From positions 85,684,001 to 85,748,000 of the forward strand of contig CM060731.1 of assembly GCA_030704615.1 (NCBI GenBank): 64,000 nt of DNA, written 5' to 3'. The position numbers were made by a program, and so were the translations under genes. Shown piece after piece: positions 24,840-36,640 of the stretch; within the stretch, counting starts at the first letter, position 1; every line of letters starts with the position of its first letter. The DNA is from Takakia lepidozioides (Eukaryota > Plantae > Bryophyta). The notes under the pieces were generated by a model, which was not told the origin of the DNA, made no database searches, and was given only the letters and a program-made list of their open reading frames with translations.

Positions 24840-27136
24840 CTTCATTACTTTACATGTCTGCACTTCTTTCTTCCTTTCATCCTCACTCACTTCTTCTTCT
24901 CCATCAGAATCAGAGGAATCTGCCACAGGAATATCAGTACTCTTCTGCATTTCTCTTATGATATCTGCCACTTCCTTGTGCAGTTCCTTCTTATCTCTCC
25001 AAGCCTCATCATCTTCAGGCATATCACTGCCATCTTCATTATCATCATCTTCCTCAACTACTGGAGGTATTAGTTGGCTTTGCTTCTTGTTACTATCATT
25101 GTACTTACTTCTGGTACAACACATGGCCTAACCATGTGAGCTGCCACCACTGGGCCCTCATTCACAGGAGCTCTCATCTCATTCTGGTGTCTAATCCAGA
25201 ATGAACAGGCTGCCTTGCGATGTCCTGGCTGATTACAATAGTAACACAGTTCTTCACCATTGGGTCCTCGCCCTTGGTCTGCTCTTGGATTATTTCTGTA
25301 ATCCTGATTCCCTGGCTGGTAATTCCCCCTTGGATTACCCTAATAGTTGCCTCTGGAATTCCCTTGGTAATTCCCTCTTGAATTACCTCTCCCTTCCATG
25401 CCATTGTTATAACCACCAGGCCTACCATAGTGGTCCTGATCATTGTTTCTTCTCGGCTGGGGCTGCACTTGATGCACCCTTACTTGCCTAGGTTCTCTTG
25501 CAGCTGTCCTTCTGTTGTAGTAACAATTCTTAGTAGAATGGTTATCCATTTTACAGATAGTACAGTGTTTCTCCTTCATGTGGCATTCAGTGGTGGTATG
25601 GCCTTCATTCTGGCACTTTGCACACCAAACACCCTTCCTCCAATGTGTTACAGCTCTGTGGCATACTTCTTCAAGATTTCTTCTAATCTTTTCTCATAGT
25701 TATCCCTCTTCAACTTCTCCTTTCTCTTACTCTTCCTTTTCAGTTCTTGCTCTTCTTCTTCATGACTCATCCTCAGAGTCCTCATCATCCCTTTTCTCTC
25801 TCCTGAGCATTCCCAATTGCTCAATTTTTTTTGTTGTTTCAAATGCCTCCTCCGCTGTATTATGGGGTAACATATCCACTTTCTTCTGCAACTCTGGCCT
25901 TAGTCCACTCACAAACCAAGTCTTCTGTAAACCTGGTGCTGGTACAGCAACCAGCTTTTTCATCATCAATTCCATCTTTTCCATATACTCCTCAACAGTT
26001 TCATGCTTCTTTTGCTTTAACTGTTGTAAACTTCCATACACTTCATCCTCAGTTTTACTTGTCTTGAACCTATTTCGGAATGTTGTATTCAAGCCATTCC
26101 AAGTTAGGAAATGATTATCAGGAAATCTTGCATACCATTCACTTGCTTTCTTGATAAGTAAACAAGGAAACAATCTCATCTTGGCATCATCGCCATTCTC
26201 ATTGTTCACTATACACATGTGCTCAAATTGGCTAATGTGTACATCGGGATCCCCTTTTCCTGAATATATTGGAAAGGTGGTTTTGCCCGTGTTGGTTGTA
26301 ACGCCATCTGTGGCCTTACCCTCTGCCCACTGATAGGTGCTGGCACCCTTGCTGGTGCTGGTCCTTGAGGACCTGTTGTAGTTGTGGTGGATCTTCCACC
26401 AAGTGGTGGCCCCTGAGCACTCCCTGCTACTGGCCCCACGATATTCACAGTATTCCCAGCTCCAGTTGCACTACTTCCCACACTCCCTGTCCCCCCAGAG
26501 CCAGATCCAGGCAGCCCGCCTGATCCCCCTGAGCCGACACCTTCGTTGGCCTATGATCCAAGTGCTCCACTTGATCCAGGTCCAACGGGTTGGGATGTCC
26601 TGGTTGTAGTCTCAACCTCAGCTGTTGGGTCTACTTCTTCATACTCTTCATCTTCCAATTTCTTCTCTCTATTTTCATTCTCCAAGTTCTGCCCTTGGGT
26701 TTCTTCTTCACTCATGTAACTCAGCTGCAATGGTGTTGGAGAGTCTGAACTCTCCATTGGTTCTGCCACATCTTCTCCTCCTTCTTCACCCTCCACTTCA
26801 GAAGCTGGAGTTCCTGCTTTGGTGTTCCATGCCAACTCTTATCAAGATTTCTGTCAAATCTTTTATCCAGGGATGTACCTCAGATCTTTCACCTCGTGAT
26901 TGATCTTCTTCCCGTACCAATTCCCTTAATCTTTCTTGCAAAGAAAAAGAAGGTGTGGCATCCAACTCTAGTTCTTCTGGTATGGGTGATGTACTCCCTA
27001 ATCTTAATGGTGTGAGAGGTCCAGATGATTCCCCTATGTCTATTCCTCTCCCCCAAAGATATGGATAATTAGCTTTCAGATAGCTTTCTCTTTTTGCTGA
27101 ATATCTCTGGAGTCTAGCTTCTCTTTCATCACTCAT
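24840..27136 (-). pseudogene. gag region of element D
   Basis: KMRLFPCLL..ASEWY, LKQKKHETVEEY, CTICKMDNHSTKNC knuckle. Frameshifted. Confidence 0.85.
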
Positions 27137-27157
27137 GTCCCATGTCTTTCATTTCTT

Positions 27158-27720
27158 TTAATGTGGCAATAACCAAAACTCTCTTCTGTAATATCTCTCG
27201 TATATGCCTGGGTTTCTTTCAAGCTTCAATGCACCCTTGGCTATACTAGAAGTCTCCGTTACCATATAACCATATGGCAAACAAGTCTGGAAAGCTGTTC
27301 TTGGTGTGAGTTTGATCCACAAAATATCCTTTGGAATCCAATTCTTTACCAGTACAAGCTCTTCATGCATATGAGTATAAACATTCACCTTTCTTTCCTC
27401 CCAGCCTTCAAACTCTACTCGCTTAATGGATAGCAATGCTATCACATAAGCCAGTGTTGGTAACCAACGTGCTCTTCCTCTACAGGCCACCTGATAAATC
27501 TTTATCACTCCTTTCTCCAGACCCCACTCAGGGTCAGCATCATGCACTCTCTTAAGAATGTTTTCTTTACAACCGTCTGGCAATTCCAAGAACCTCTGAA
27601 AGAATCGTTTGGACAATCTTTCCTTCTCAGTTTCACAAGGAATTTGATTCACATCAAATTCTTTAATTCTCCAACCACCATGATCCCACCAGATGCCTGT
27701 CACATCTGGTTGTTCATGAC
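27158..27720 (-). CDS. Extra 5' ORF of element D upstream of gag
   Basis: Open frame of about 190 codons directly after the PBS, no recognisable domain. Confidence 0.5.
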
Positions 27721-27745
27721 CCAGTTCCCCAGTATGGTCGCCAAA

Positions 27746-28770
27746 TGTCGAGCGGCTTTTACTCACCCATCCCTTCGCTATTCGAGGTAGGAACTCCAAG
27801 ATAGAAGAGTTGGAAATCTCTAAGCACTCAGCCCGCTCAGAACAATCAGTCATGACCTACAGCTAGTGTATCATGGGGGTGTTTCCTATTTGTATTCCTT
27901 CCCGTATTCATGTTAGCTAGTTACTTTACTGTTGGTATTTAAGTATCGGATTGCTTCAGCAATCTATCAGATTCCATCAACTCATCCATTCATTCCACAA
28001 CTTCACTCAGATTTCTCTACACAGTGTGAGTATGAAGTATGTATCAGATTAATATCTATCAAGTATCAGGCTGAAGTCATGGAGTCTCTAATCTGCTCTA
28101 CATTACAACTCTATTGCTTGCATTTATCAAGCATCAACAGATCGTTCTCCTCCTACTCCGTGCTCTCCCTCTTTCTACTCAGAGATGCGCTCTCCGCTTC
28201 ATTTCCCCAGAAGTGATGCCAGAAGTCCTCCAAGAAGTGCCCCCCAGACGTCCCCGCTCTCCACTTTTTCTACCTACAAGCTGTTCTAACTGCTTTCCTA
28301 ACTAACCGTCATCCCTGTAGTACACGTTCCTTTTTCAGATGTCGTTCCCCACCATCGTTCCCTGCCAATGATAACTGTTCCCCAGCTGTGCCGAGCTGTG
28401 ACTGGTTGTATCAGGCTGTGGCGGGCTGTGACTGGCTGTGACGGGCTGTGTAGGGCTGTGCGAAGCTGTGGCGGCTGTATCGGGCTGTGGCTGGCTGTGT
28501 TGGGCTGTGTTGGACTGTGACGGGCTGTGTTGGCTGTGCGAAGCTGTGATGGCTGTGTCGGACTGTGATGGACTGTGTCGGGCTGTGTTGGACTGTGCGA
28601 AGCTGTGGGGGCTGTGTTGGGCTGTGACTGGCTGTGACGGGCTGTGTATCTTCCCCCCTAAAGCCTGTTGCTGTCACCCCTAAGGCTCCTGTTGGTCTCA
28701 GTCTGTGTAAAAATTAAGGGTACCCCACAGATCCCGTAAAAGCGTCTAAGTCCCAAGCAGTCCTCTAACA
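27746..28770 (-). repeat. 5' LTR of element D
   Basis: Adjacent to the PBS and followed by TSD CGCGT. Confidence 0.93.
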
Positions 28771-30243
28771 CGCGTACCTCACTTCGGTAAGCTCCCCTTC
28801 AAGTCATAGTTACTCACTTTGATGCACGCGCCTAACTCCCAAATTGGCCGCCGGGCCAACTCGGAGCTTCGGCTGCTCACCGGGACATAACGGTCCCCCT
28901 TTGCTCCTCCAATAGACCCTCTCTCAATTTGGGCCTAGTGGAAATTCCCTTTGGTTGTTGGTAGTCCGGAACAGCTCCCCACACCTTGGTCGCTTTCCGG
29001 CTCGTACGCTTACTCACTAGTTTTTGGTCACCAACGGGCTTGCACTATTTCTCGGGGTTATTATTCCCTATATATACTTCTGTGACTGTCCGCGGGGGTT
29101 TCACAAACAACCCAGTCATTTTATGGCGAACCACCACGAAAACCCTCGATTTCCGGTGATGAGTCGCGGTGAGTCTTGGCCCACCCACCACGGCCCCATT
29201 GGGCCGTGATGAGTCCCAAGACTCCCCACGACTCCCACCACAAGGTTTCCGCCCCATGGTGAGTCCTATGCCACCCCCACTAAGACCCACTAAGCTACCA
29301 CCACCCTTTGTGAAACCACCCCCACCGCAACCCGGTGTACGGGGCTCCACCTAGTGAGCGCCTCCGCCTCCTTGAGTGCCTTGGGCACTCAAGGGTGCTT
29401 CGGCCCCCGTACCTATTGTTGCCACTGCCCCCACCATAGGGGCAGCCCCTCTTGTGTCCCGACCCCCTGCCCTCAAGGCAAAGGGCCGCGACAGTAATTC
29501 TGTTCGAACAATACAGGACGACTGTTCCAGTCCCAGATTGCGATCTATCTGTTCTTTCTCCTGCCTTTCAAGTCCAGTAGGAACACACGGCGAGGAGCTT
29601 GGTAATTGGAAGAAACAAACTGTACAATGATGAAATATCACAAACAAGCGAATGGCTGCATCGGAATGACACCCATCTAAACTTTGGTCAGTGTGTTTTT
29701 CCATCTTTTCAAAATCGCCAAAGGGGCCACATGTGAACTCTATCCGCACCCATGTGGCGATAATGACTACGGGGCAGGGTTAGAAAAGCTGCTTATATAA
29801 CAAGTGGCCCATTCTAACAGATCTATGCAGGCTCAATCAGGCTCCTTATATTCAACTAGTGGCGCTTTGTGGCGATTTTTTTTTTATGTTTAGCCCACAT
29901 AATTCCTTTGTACAAGTAGCTGATCCATTTTCCAGGTGCGATTTTTGGCAAGAAAAAAAAAACATTGCCACTGGCCCATATGTTGGATGGTGGACACCGT
30001 TCTACCGTCACTGTCACCATTGGTGAGGAGGTCCACCGACTGTTGTTGGTAGCCATTTAGTTCACAGCTCTCCTAGTCAGGTATAAGTATGTTTTGGGCC
30101 TTATGTTACTTTTATTTCTAGCCTAGGTGGTTGAAAATCTGGTACCTGATACCAGTACCACATCCATTTTTGTGAGGAAAACCTGGTATCAATACTTTGA
30201 GGAACTGGAGGAATACTTTGAGGAATAAGAAGTGACTTCTCCA

Positions 30244-32870
30244 TCAGCTGCGCACAACAATACAGCCGTCGTCGTCCAACATGTTGGCTGCGAACCCGAA
30301 TGTGTGGCTCCAGTATCCTTCGTCGTACTTGTTACACCACGGTAGTGAGCCCAGTCCCAATATCTCGTGCCCATCCGGGATATCCACAAGGATCATGTCG
30401 ATGGAGGCTTTCACCGCCCTGCCCCCGACTGTGCTCTTTTTGCCGTGGCTCATCGCCAGAAAATACCCCATCATCTTTGTGTAGCCAGGAGTGTCCTCGA
30501 TTTCATTGCCAGTGGCCTTCCTCTTCCCCTTCCCCTGGTGGGCCTCCATCACCTTCCTCAATCTCGTTTTCTCCAGCCTTCTGGTCAGAGCACTTAGGAA
30601 ATTTTCATGTTTTGAGGACTTCCCTGCCCGCAATGTGCACCGCACGGTAGGGTCTGCCAGGTGCATCCTTGTATAGTGATCTCTTCGCAGCTGAACCCCC
30701 GGAGCTGGCCCCTGTGAATTTTCGGACGAGGTGTGGCCCCCTCGGTGTTATCCTGCTGGAAATCATCGTCGGAATCCTCGTCATCTAGCTGACTATGTTG
30801 CTGCTTCTTCTTCTTGGGTATGGGGCTCTTCGTCTCTTGCCCCTGTTTACGCGTTCTTTTCTTCCTGTCCTTGGGCTACTCAGCTGCCTGCTTCTCCATC
30901 TGCTCCTTCGCCAACGTTGCCGCCTTGGCCGACTTTCTCAGTGCTTTTTGCTTTGCTGCCTCCTCTGCTTTCAGTTTTGCCGCGTCCTCTGGTTGGGGAT
31001 CTAAATGCGCCTTCATAGCCCGGGCATTTGCTTCCTTCTTCAAGTTAACCTCCGAGAGGTCAACGGTCCCACTTGGGAGATCCACATACCAGGGACAGTC
31101 TACCAAATGCTCGGCATGCCACTCCTTCGCCATGACTTCTGTGTATATCGTACCACGTCCTCCAGGTGCCCTCCATGCCAGGAAGAATGGTGGAACCCTT
31201 TGAATGGCTCCGGATGGAATGAGAGCAAAATTTATGTACCTGCAATCACGAGCCATTTCAACAAAAATCATGTTACTGATGCATCATGCAAGAGGAAGTT
31301 CTGAATGCAGAAGGTACTTCGGCACCGAAATACGCAATGGAGCGTGCCCCAATTACCCAACATTCACATCTTGCAGAGGGATATTTCGGCGCCGCAATAC
31401 CCACCGCTGTTTGGCTAAATTCTCAAAACTGCAAAGAGGGGGATGCATTGGCAGCAGATTACCTGAACAGGACTCGCATTGCCGCTTTGTCGGCACCCTC
31501 CTGCTCTTCGATGTATATGCTGCGTCTTGCCTTTGCAATTTCTCTAAAAAAGAGGTTTGCGAAGCACCCCGCCAGGACTGCACGTAGTTCTCCATTGTCT
31601 CCGGTTTCGTCCAGTCGATCTGCAACTTGAAAGTGGTGGTGTTGCAATCCAATTGCTCCTGGGCGTGGGTCAGTACCTACAGCATTGCAGGTCTCCGAAA
31701 CATTCATGAATTTGAAATTGCGATTGATGTCCAACAACAGAAGAGGAGGACATTATACCTGATGTCACCAAGTCATCACTTTTAGCCAGTTGTTCATTTT
31801 GTCGTCAGCTGACTCAATGGGAAAGTGGTACAGCAGCTTCGTGTTTGTATGGCCGTTCCAGATTCGCAGCCACCTCGTCTGCATGTCCTAACATCGGTCA
31901 GACAAAAGAACCTCATCATGAGAATCGCGAGAAGACACAAAACAAGAACAAACACATGCTAACCTTCTCCGCCGGCTCAACACAGGACACTGCGATATGA
32001 TGAAGTTTCTCCATGGACATTTCCGGTTTCATGGGTTTGGAGTAATGCAGTCATATCTCCGCCAGGAACTTGGCACCAAGACCAGGGTCAGTGATTGCAA
32101 CTTGCTTCACAAGTTTTGACCTGTACTTGGTCCGTGATTGCCTCCATGCCTGCACAATATGACTCTCTATCGATGTGTCCGCCTTGTTGGGGGCATCACT
32201 CTCAAAGAACTGCCTTTTGGCATAGGCCAAGTCATCCCTAATGTTCGTCTGCATTCCCATACCCAGCGGATACAGTCAGGCCAATGAACCTTGCAACAAA
32301 TAGCATTAAATCGCGAAATTTGAAATGAACCTCACCGAATAGAGGATCTCCACCATGGCGTCCAGTGTTGGTCTATACCAGGTGCGATCCGCTTTCGCAA
32401 GGGACTTCCCGTACAGCTCGGGATCGAGGGATTTTTGGAAGTCCGTCAGCGGTGCTGTGCCCACTTCTTGCACTCTGTAGAGCGTATGTGCCAGGTGAGT
32501 TTCCACGAAGGCCCTCTCTGTTACCCTGCCACGGAGAAAAAAAAGAGGAACAACATGAACCTATGATACCAAAATAACCAGATTTTAGCACAACAATCCA
32601 ATTTCCAGTTCATACAGTGGGTGACAGTCAAGAACATTGCCTATTTTGGCGCCGCAATAGGCACTACATAAGGATATAGTAGTGTACTTACATATTTATA
32701 TCCGCCATGGCACCCTTCAGTAGTCCTCTGTCCCTCACGTCCACCTTCACGACAATGCAGTCCACCATGTAATGCCAGTCAATATCTTGCGGATGCATTT
32801 CAGCTATGTACTCTGTCCAGGCAAGCATCCTGTGATCCCTGTCCCAGACGAAGAACATCTTCCCTGCCAT
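30244..32870 (-). pseudogene. Diverged, truncated copy of the ParB-MTase gene
   Basis: GKMFFVWDRDHRMLAW, KADRTWYR, FFREIAKARR, PPFFLAWR..CPWYVDLP, IDMILVDIPDG, collinear with the exons of 53870-57170. Confidence 0.9.
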
Positions 32871-33369
32871 GTGTGCGAATGTGGGATTAGTCTTCAGAGA
32901 GGTTCTCCCTTGCTTCCTCTCATGTGATTCTCCTCAACCCCATAAGCACAATCTACTTTATTTCTGCTCCCTCTTTTCTTCACCAAAGTTGAAATTATAC
33001 AATTGCATAACTAATCTACCATTGACATATGGCAATGTATGGGTCCGACCTTCTGTTATCTTCTCAATGGGGAACGAGCCATATGAACTCAATCAAAAAA
33101 TTTGATATGTATGAAAATTTGAACAGATTGTGTCCACGTTGCCCCAAAATGTTTCGTCCACTACCTAGCGTAAATGGGCCACAATGTTTCATCTCCATGA
33201 GTATTTTGGTTATAAAATAATGTTTCTAAAAAAGTGGTGTTTGCCATAACATGCAAATCGGCACATTTCTAGTCCAAAACTAGGTGAACAATGTTTATAT
33301 CTTCAATTGTCACGTGGATCCTCATTAGTTGGTGCAAGGAACATTCTCTCCGACGATTTGGGTCCAGCA

Positions 33370-34826
33370 CTAGATGGAGAGTCGTTCATGATGATACTTG
33401 CACCTATGTGGAATGATCGTGTTTGTTCGGGGGGGGGGGGGGGGGGGTAGCCAGATTCGCCGCACGTTCGGCCGTAGCCACTTGTCGTCGCATTGCGGGA
33501 CCATGGACCTCCGTACGTACTTGACTATATTGTTCTTCTCTATCGCGGGATGTCGAGAAGATGTTGCATCCCGGATCATTCGTGAAGCCAAAAGGCCTCA
33601 TTCAATTTCACTGTTAATGTTGCCCAATCCTGCCCCTGGGTATGAGGACGACCCTGCAGCTCGTTCTCCCATCCAACGTGCCAATCCTCTGATATCCCCT
33701 AAACAGTTACCAACATTGTGGCAAGATAGTCCACATCTGTAGCATCTTCAGGGTATCCATTGTTTAGGAAGGCACGGTATGCATCCCGTTCATGTATGTA
33801 GATTGTTGTTGCTCTTTCCAATGTCCGGTAGAACCTATTCCTCCCGATTGGTTCTTCGTTGTAGTGTGAGATCTCCACCCCTAATGGCATATTATCTCGT
33901 AGTAGGAAGAACCTATCCTTTTTTGTGCTCCAATGCCCTCCAAATAGTCGACAAAATAGTTCCCTCTCATGAACGTCGGGTACACACCATGCATGCTTTG
34001 TGATTTCCCAATTCGATGGGACCCAGAAAGTGTCCATGTTGAATTTTTTGGTTGGGTCGCCCTCAAGCAAGTTGTGCATCATTGCAGCTGGGTTCCAAAT
34101 CAATGTTTGGCCCCATTTGGTCAAATTTAGAAATCCAAAGGGTGGCATACCCACCGGCAAGTTATGTCTGTTGTGCTCATATCCTATGGGCATTCGTTCC
34201 TCCAAGCCATGTAACTCATAGTACCTGCGATGAATTGGTACACGACAGCAAGGGCAAACACTTCGTCTCAGGGTGACACTTATAAGATAAGGATTGTGCA
34301 AGAAATGTCCCAATGACCCTAGCATGTGTACTGCTCCCTCGGGTCCAAAGGGATGACGGCAAACCACGCATACAGATCCAAAAGTTAGTAAACTGGGCAC
34401 ACGGCCTCGTGGTACCTCACCCTGATCTGCGGGATTGATGTGGGATGTTTGCCATGCATTAGTATCCCACTCCTCCCCAAAGTCTAATTCCTAGTCGATG
34501 ATTCCATTTGCCTAGGATAGATAGTGCGTGCAACGGGTGAACATGTCCTCCACTACAGCCCACATGGTGATTCCAAAATAGTGCGAGTTATGCCTATTCC
34601 ACGTGACGTTGTCATATCTCTCCAAGTTGGCATAGATGTTGTCCACGCTACCCTGTGATATACATGTTGCGTCTTGTAACCGAGACAATGCCCACTCCGT
34701 TTGGATTTCCCGCGATGCTAGGTGGGCGCCGAACGAAACCCAATTTTCCCAGCCCACAGCTCGTGGCAAGAACTTTCTAAGGTCCAACTCTTGAGCCAAT
34801 CTCCATGCTACTTCTCTTTCGGGCAT
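33370..34826 (-). pseudogene. Hypothetical TE accessory gene with degenerate RING finger
   Basis: CVVC...GHFLHNPYL...CPCCR spacing is RING-like, with some ligands lost. Confidence 0.5.
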
Positions 34827-35100
34827 GAATTTCTGGACTACATCGATTAAGGAATGGCGTCCTAAAATAGCAATGTGGTGTACAACAACTCGTCATGTTC
34901 CGCATGCCAGTCAAGACACAAACGCTAGCATTGAGGCATACCATGGAAACTTGAAGGCAAGACTGAGGATGGGGAAAGGCAAAATGACAGGGCGTAGAGT
35001 GGATTGGCTCATATGGGAACTCACAAGCCATGTGCTAACACACTACTGGTATGCGATTCACCTGAAGACGCATGGATTCATAAGGAATGACAAAAGTGAA
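34825..35100 (+). pseudogene. MULE transposase fragment (second MULE clade, catalytic E region)
   Basis: WCTTTRHVPHASQDTNASIEAYHGNLK...RRVDWLIWEL. Confidence 0.75.
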
Positions 35101-35139
35101 GGCCAACAAAGTGAACAGCAAAGTAAACTAGTACAAAAT

Positions 35140-35550
35140 ACCAGCAGAGAGGGCGAGCAAACTGGAGCAGCAGACTGGACCGTTAAACTGAGTGGAGCGC
35201 CGAACAAAATGAGCAGACTGAGCATACCTGAGGGTTGAGGGTTTATGGTACTAAGCAGCAGACTAGCAGACTAAGCCTACTTTTCCCAAAGCCTACTTTC
35301 TTACTGCGCAGACTAAGGTACCCAAGCAGACTAGCAGAGTAGGCAGCAGAGTAAGCAGACTCAGCAGCAGACCAGCAGACTTGACCGGTAGACTGGACGG
35401 GCAAACTTATAGACAACATACCTGACTAGGGGAAGGATGCTGAGTACTAAGCAGCAGACCAGAAGATAAGCAGACCAAGCAGGCTTACCCCACAAATCAG
35501 CAGACCAACAGACTTAGCAGACAAACCAGCAGACCAGCAGACTAGTTTAC
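35140..35550. repeat. AGCAGAC(T)-rich degenerate array
   Basis: Repeated GCAGAC units. The same motif recurs at 37030-37830, 38670-38790 and, inverted, at 62740-63380. Confidence 0.75.
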
Positions 35551-35583
35551 GCTTCTTTGAGGGATACAAGAGAGCAGTACCTG

Positions 35584-36640
35584 CTAGTCTCTTTCGTCCG
35601 CATCCTCATCTTCAATGCACTTCAACCAATTCTCTTGCGCCTGGCAAACGGTCACGGCCATCCGTCCGGTCTGCACAAATTTGAAGAAGAACGGGAAGAA
35701 CTCTGGCGGGCACAATGCTGGGAAAACCTCGAACAGAAGTAAGAGTAGAGTGCCCGGACAGAGAGGGCCGTCGATCTTCTCAGGGGTCTTCTCAACGCCA
35801 TTGTACTCGATCTGTTGGGAGTTGACTCCAGTCTGCTGGGTTTGCTCAGCGGTCTGGCGAAGGGAGGTGGTCTCCTCACTTCTATCTATTTGCATGTCCA
35901 CCCTGTCGGACAAGTTTATGTAGTTGTCTGTTGAAGGTGGACCGTGTCCTTCCAAAGACTGGGCAGACTGACTGGCAGAGTCGCTTGAAGAACTGATTGT
36001 TTGCGTTTGCCGAGTATTCCTGGTCTGCGGCGGCTGTTGCCTGCCTGCTTGCGCTGAAGCCGCTCTTGCATCGCGAGCAGACTTTGCAGCTCTGGTGGAA
36101 GCCTTCTTTGCCACCCCATCACTTAGTTTGCGTTTCTTGGGAGCCACAGGCATTTCCTGAAAGTGGTCTTCCTCCAAAACCTGTTGTTCCACAGTTCCAG
36201 CAGCCCTCCAGTACCATTGCCTGACTTCGTCCAAACTTCGGGGGCCTGAGTTTTTGCCGCGGCATCTCAAAGCAGCCTCATGCGGCTCCTTCTGAGATGC
36301 TAGTATGGGCCAAGGCTTGAAGTTGGGCGGAATAGCAGCCTTGCAATCCGTATGAATGCAATGGCGGTTGAGATGGATTTTGTCTTTTCAAGTCCACCTT
36401 GCAAAATGGACACCTCAGCCTATCCTTGGTCCATTGTATGTTTTGTTCCTTCGAAGCACGGAGGTCTACACATGCTTCCACTATTTTGTGTTCGTACTCC
36501 TTTGGTGAGTACCAATACCTTCGCAGCTTTTTTAACCACATCTGGTGCACAAAGGAGACCCTTCTCACAAGCATCCTCCATCGATTCAGAAGACTGGAAA
36601 CAAATAGGAAACTATGCAAGAAGACTGAAAACAACAAGAG
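35584..36640 (-). pseudogene. Hypothetical TE-associated coding fragment
   Basis: Two adjacent ORFs (119 and 228 aa) with CPFC and an NLS-like PKKRK. No family recognised. Confidence 0.35.

Larger units (their letters stand above)
19316..28770 (-). mobile_element. Ty3/Gypsy element D (non-chromovirus-like) with both LTRs
   Basis: LTRs 19316-20347 and 27746-28770, TSD CGCGT (19311-19315 and 28771-28775), PBS TGGCGACCATACTGGGG, PPT GAGAGGGGGAGGGGT. Confidence 0.93.
18811..29493 (-). mobile_element. Truncated second copy of family B (gag 5' part, PBS 19294-19305, LTR 19308-19315 + 28776-29493) split by element D
   Basis: gag nearly identical to 9470-9950, TGGTATCAGAGC PBS, and the LTR resumes after element D. 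Confidence 0.9.
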
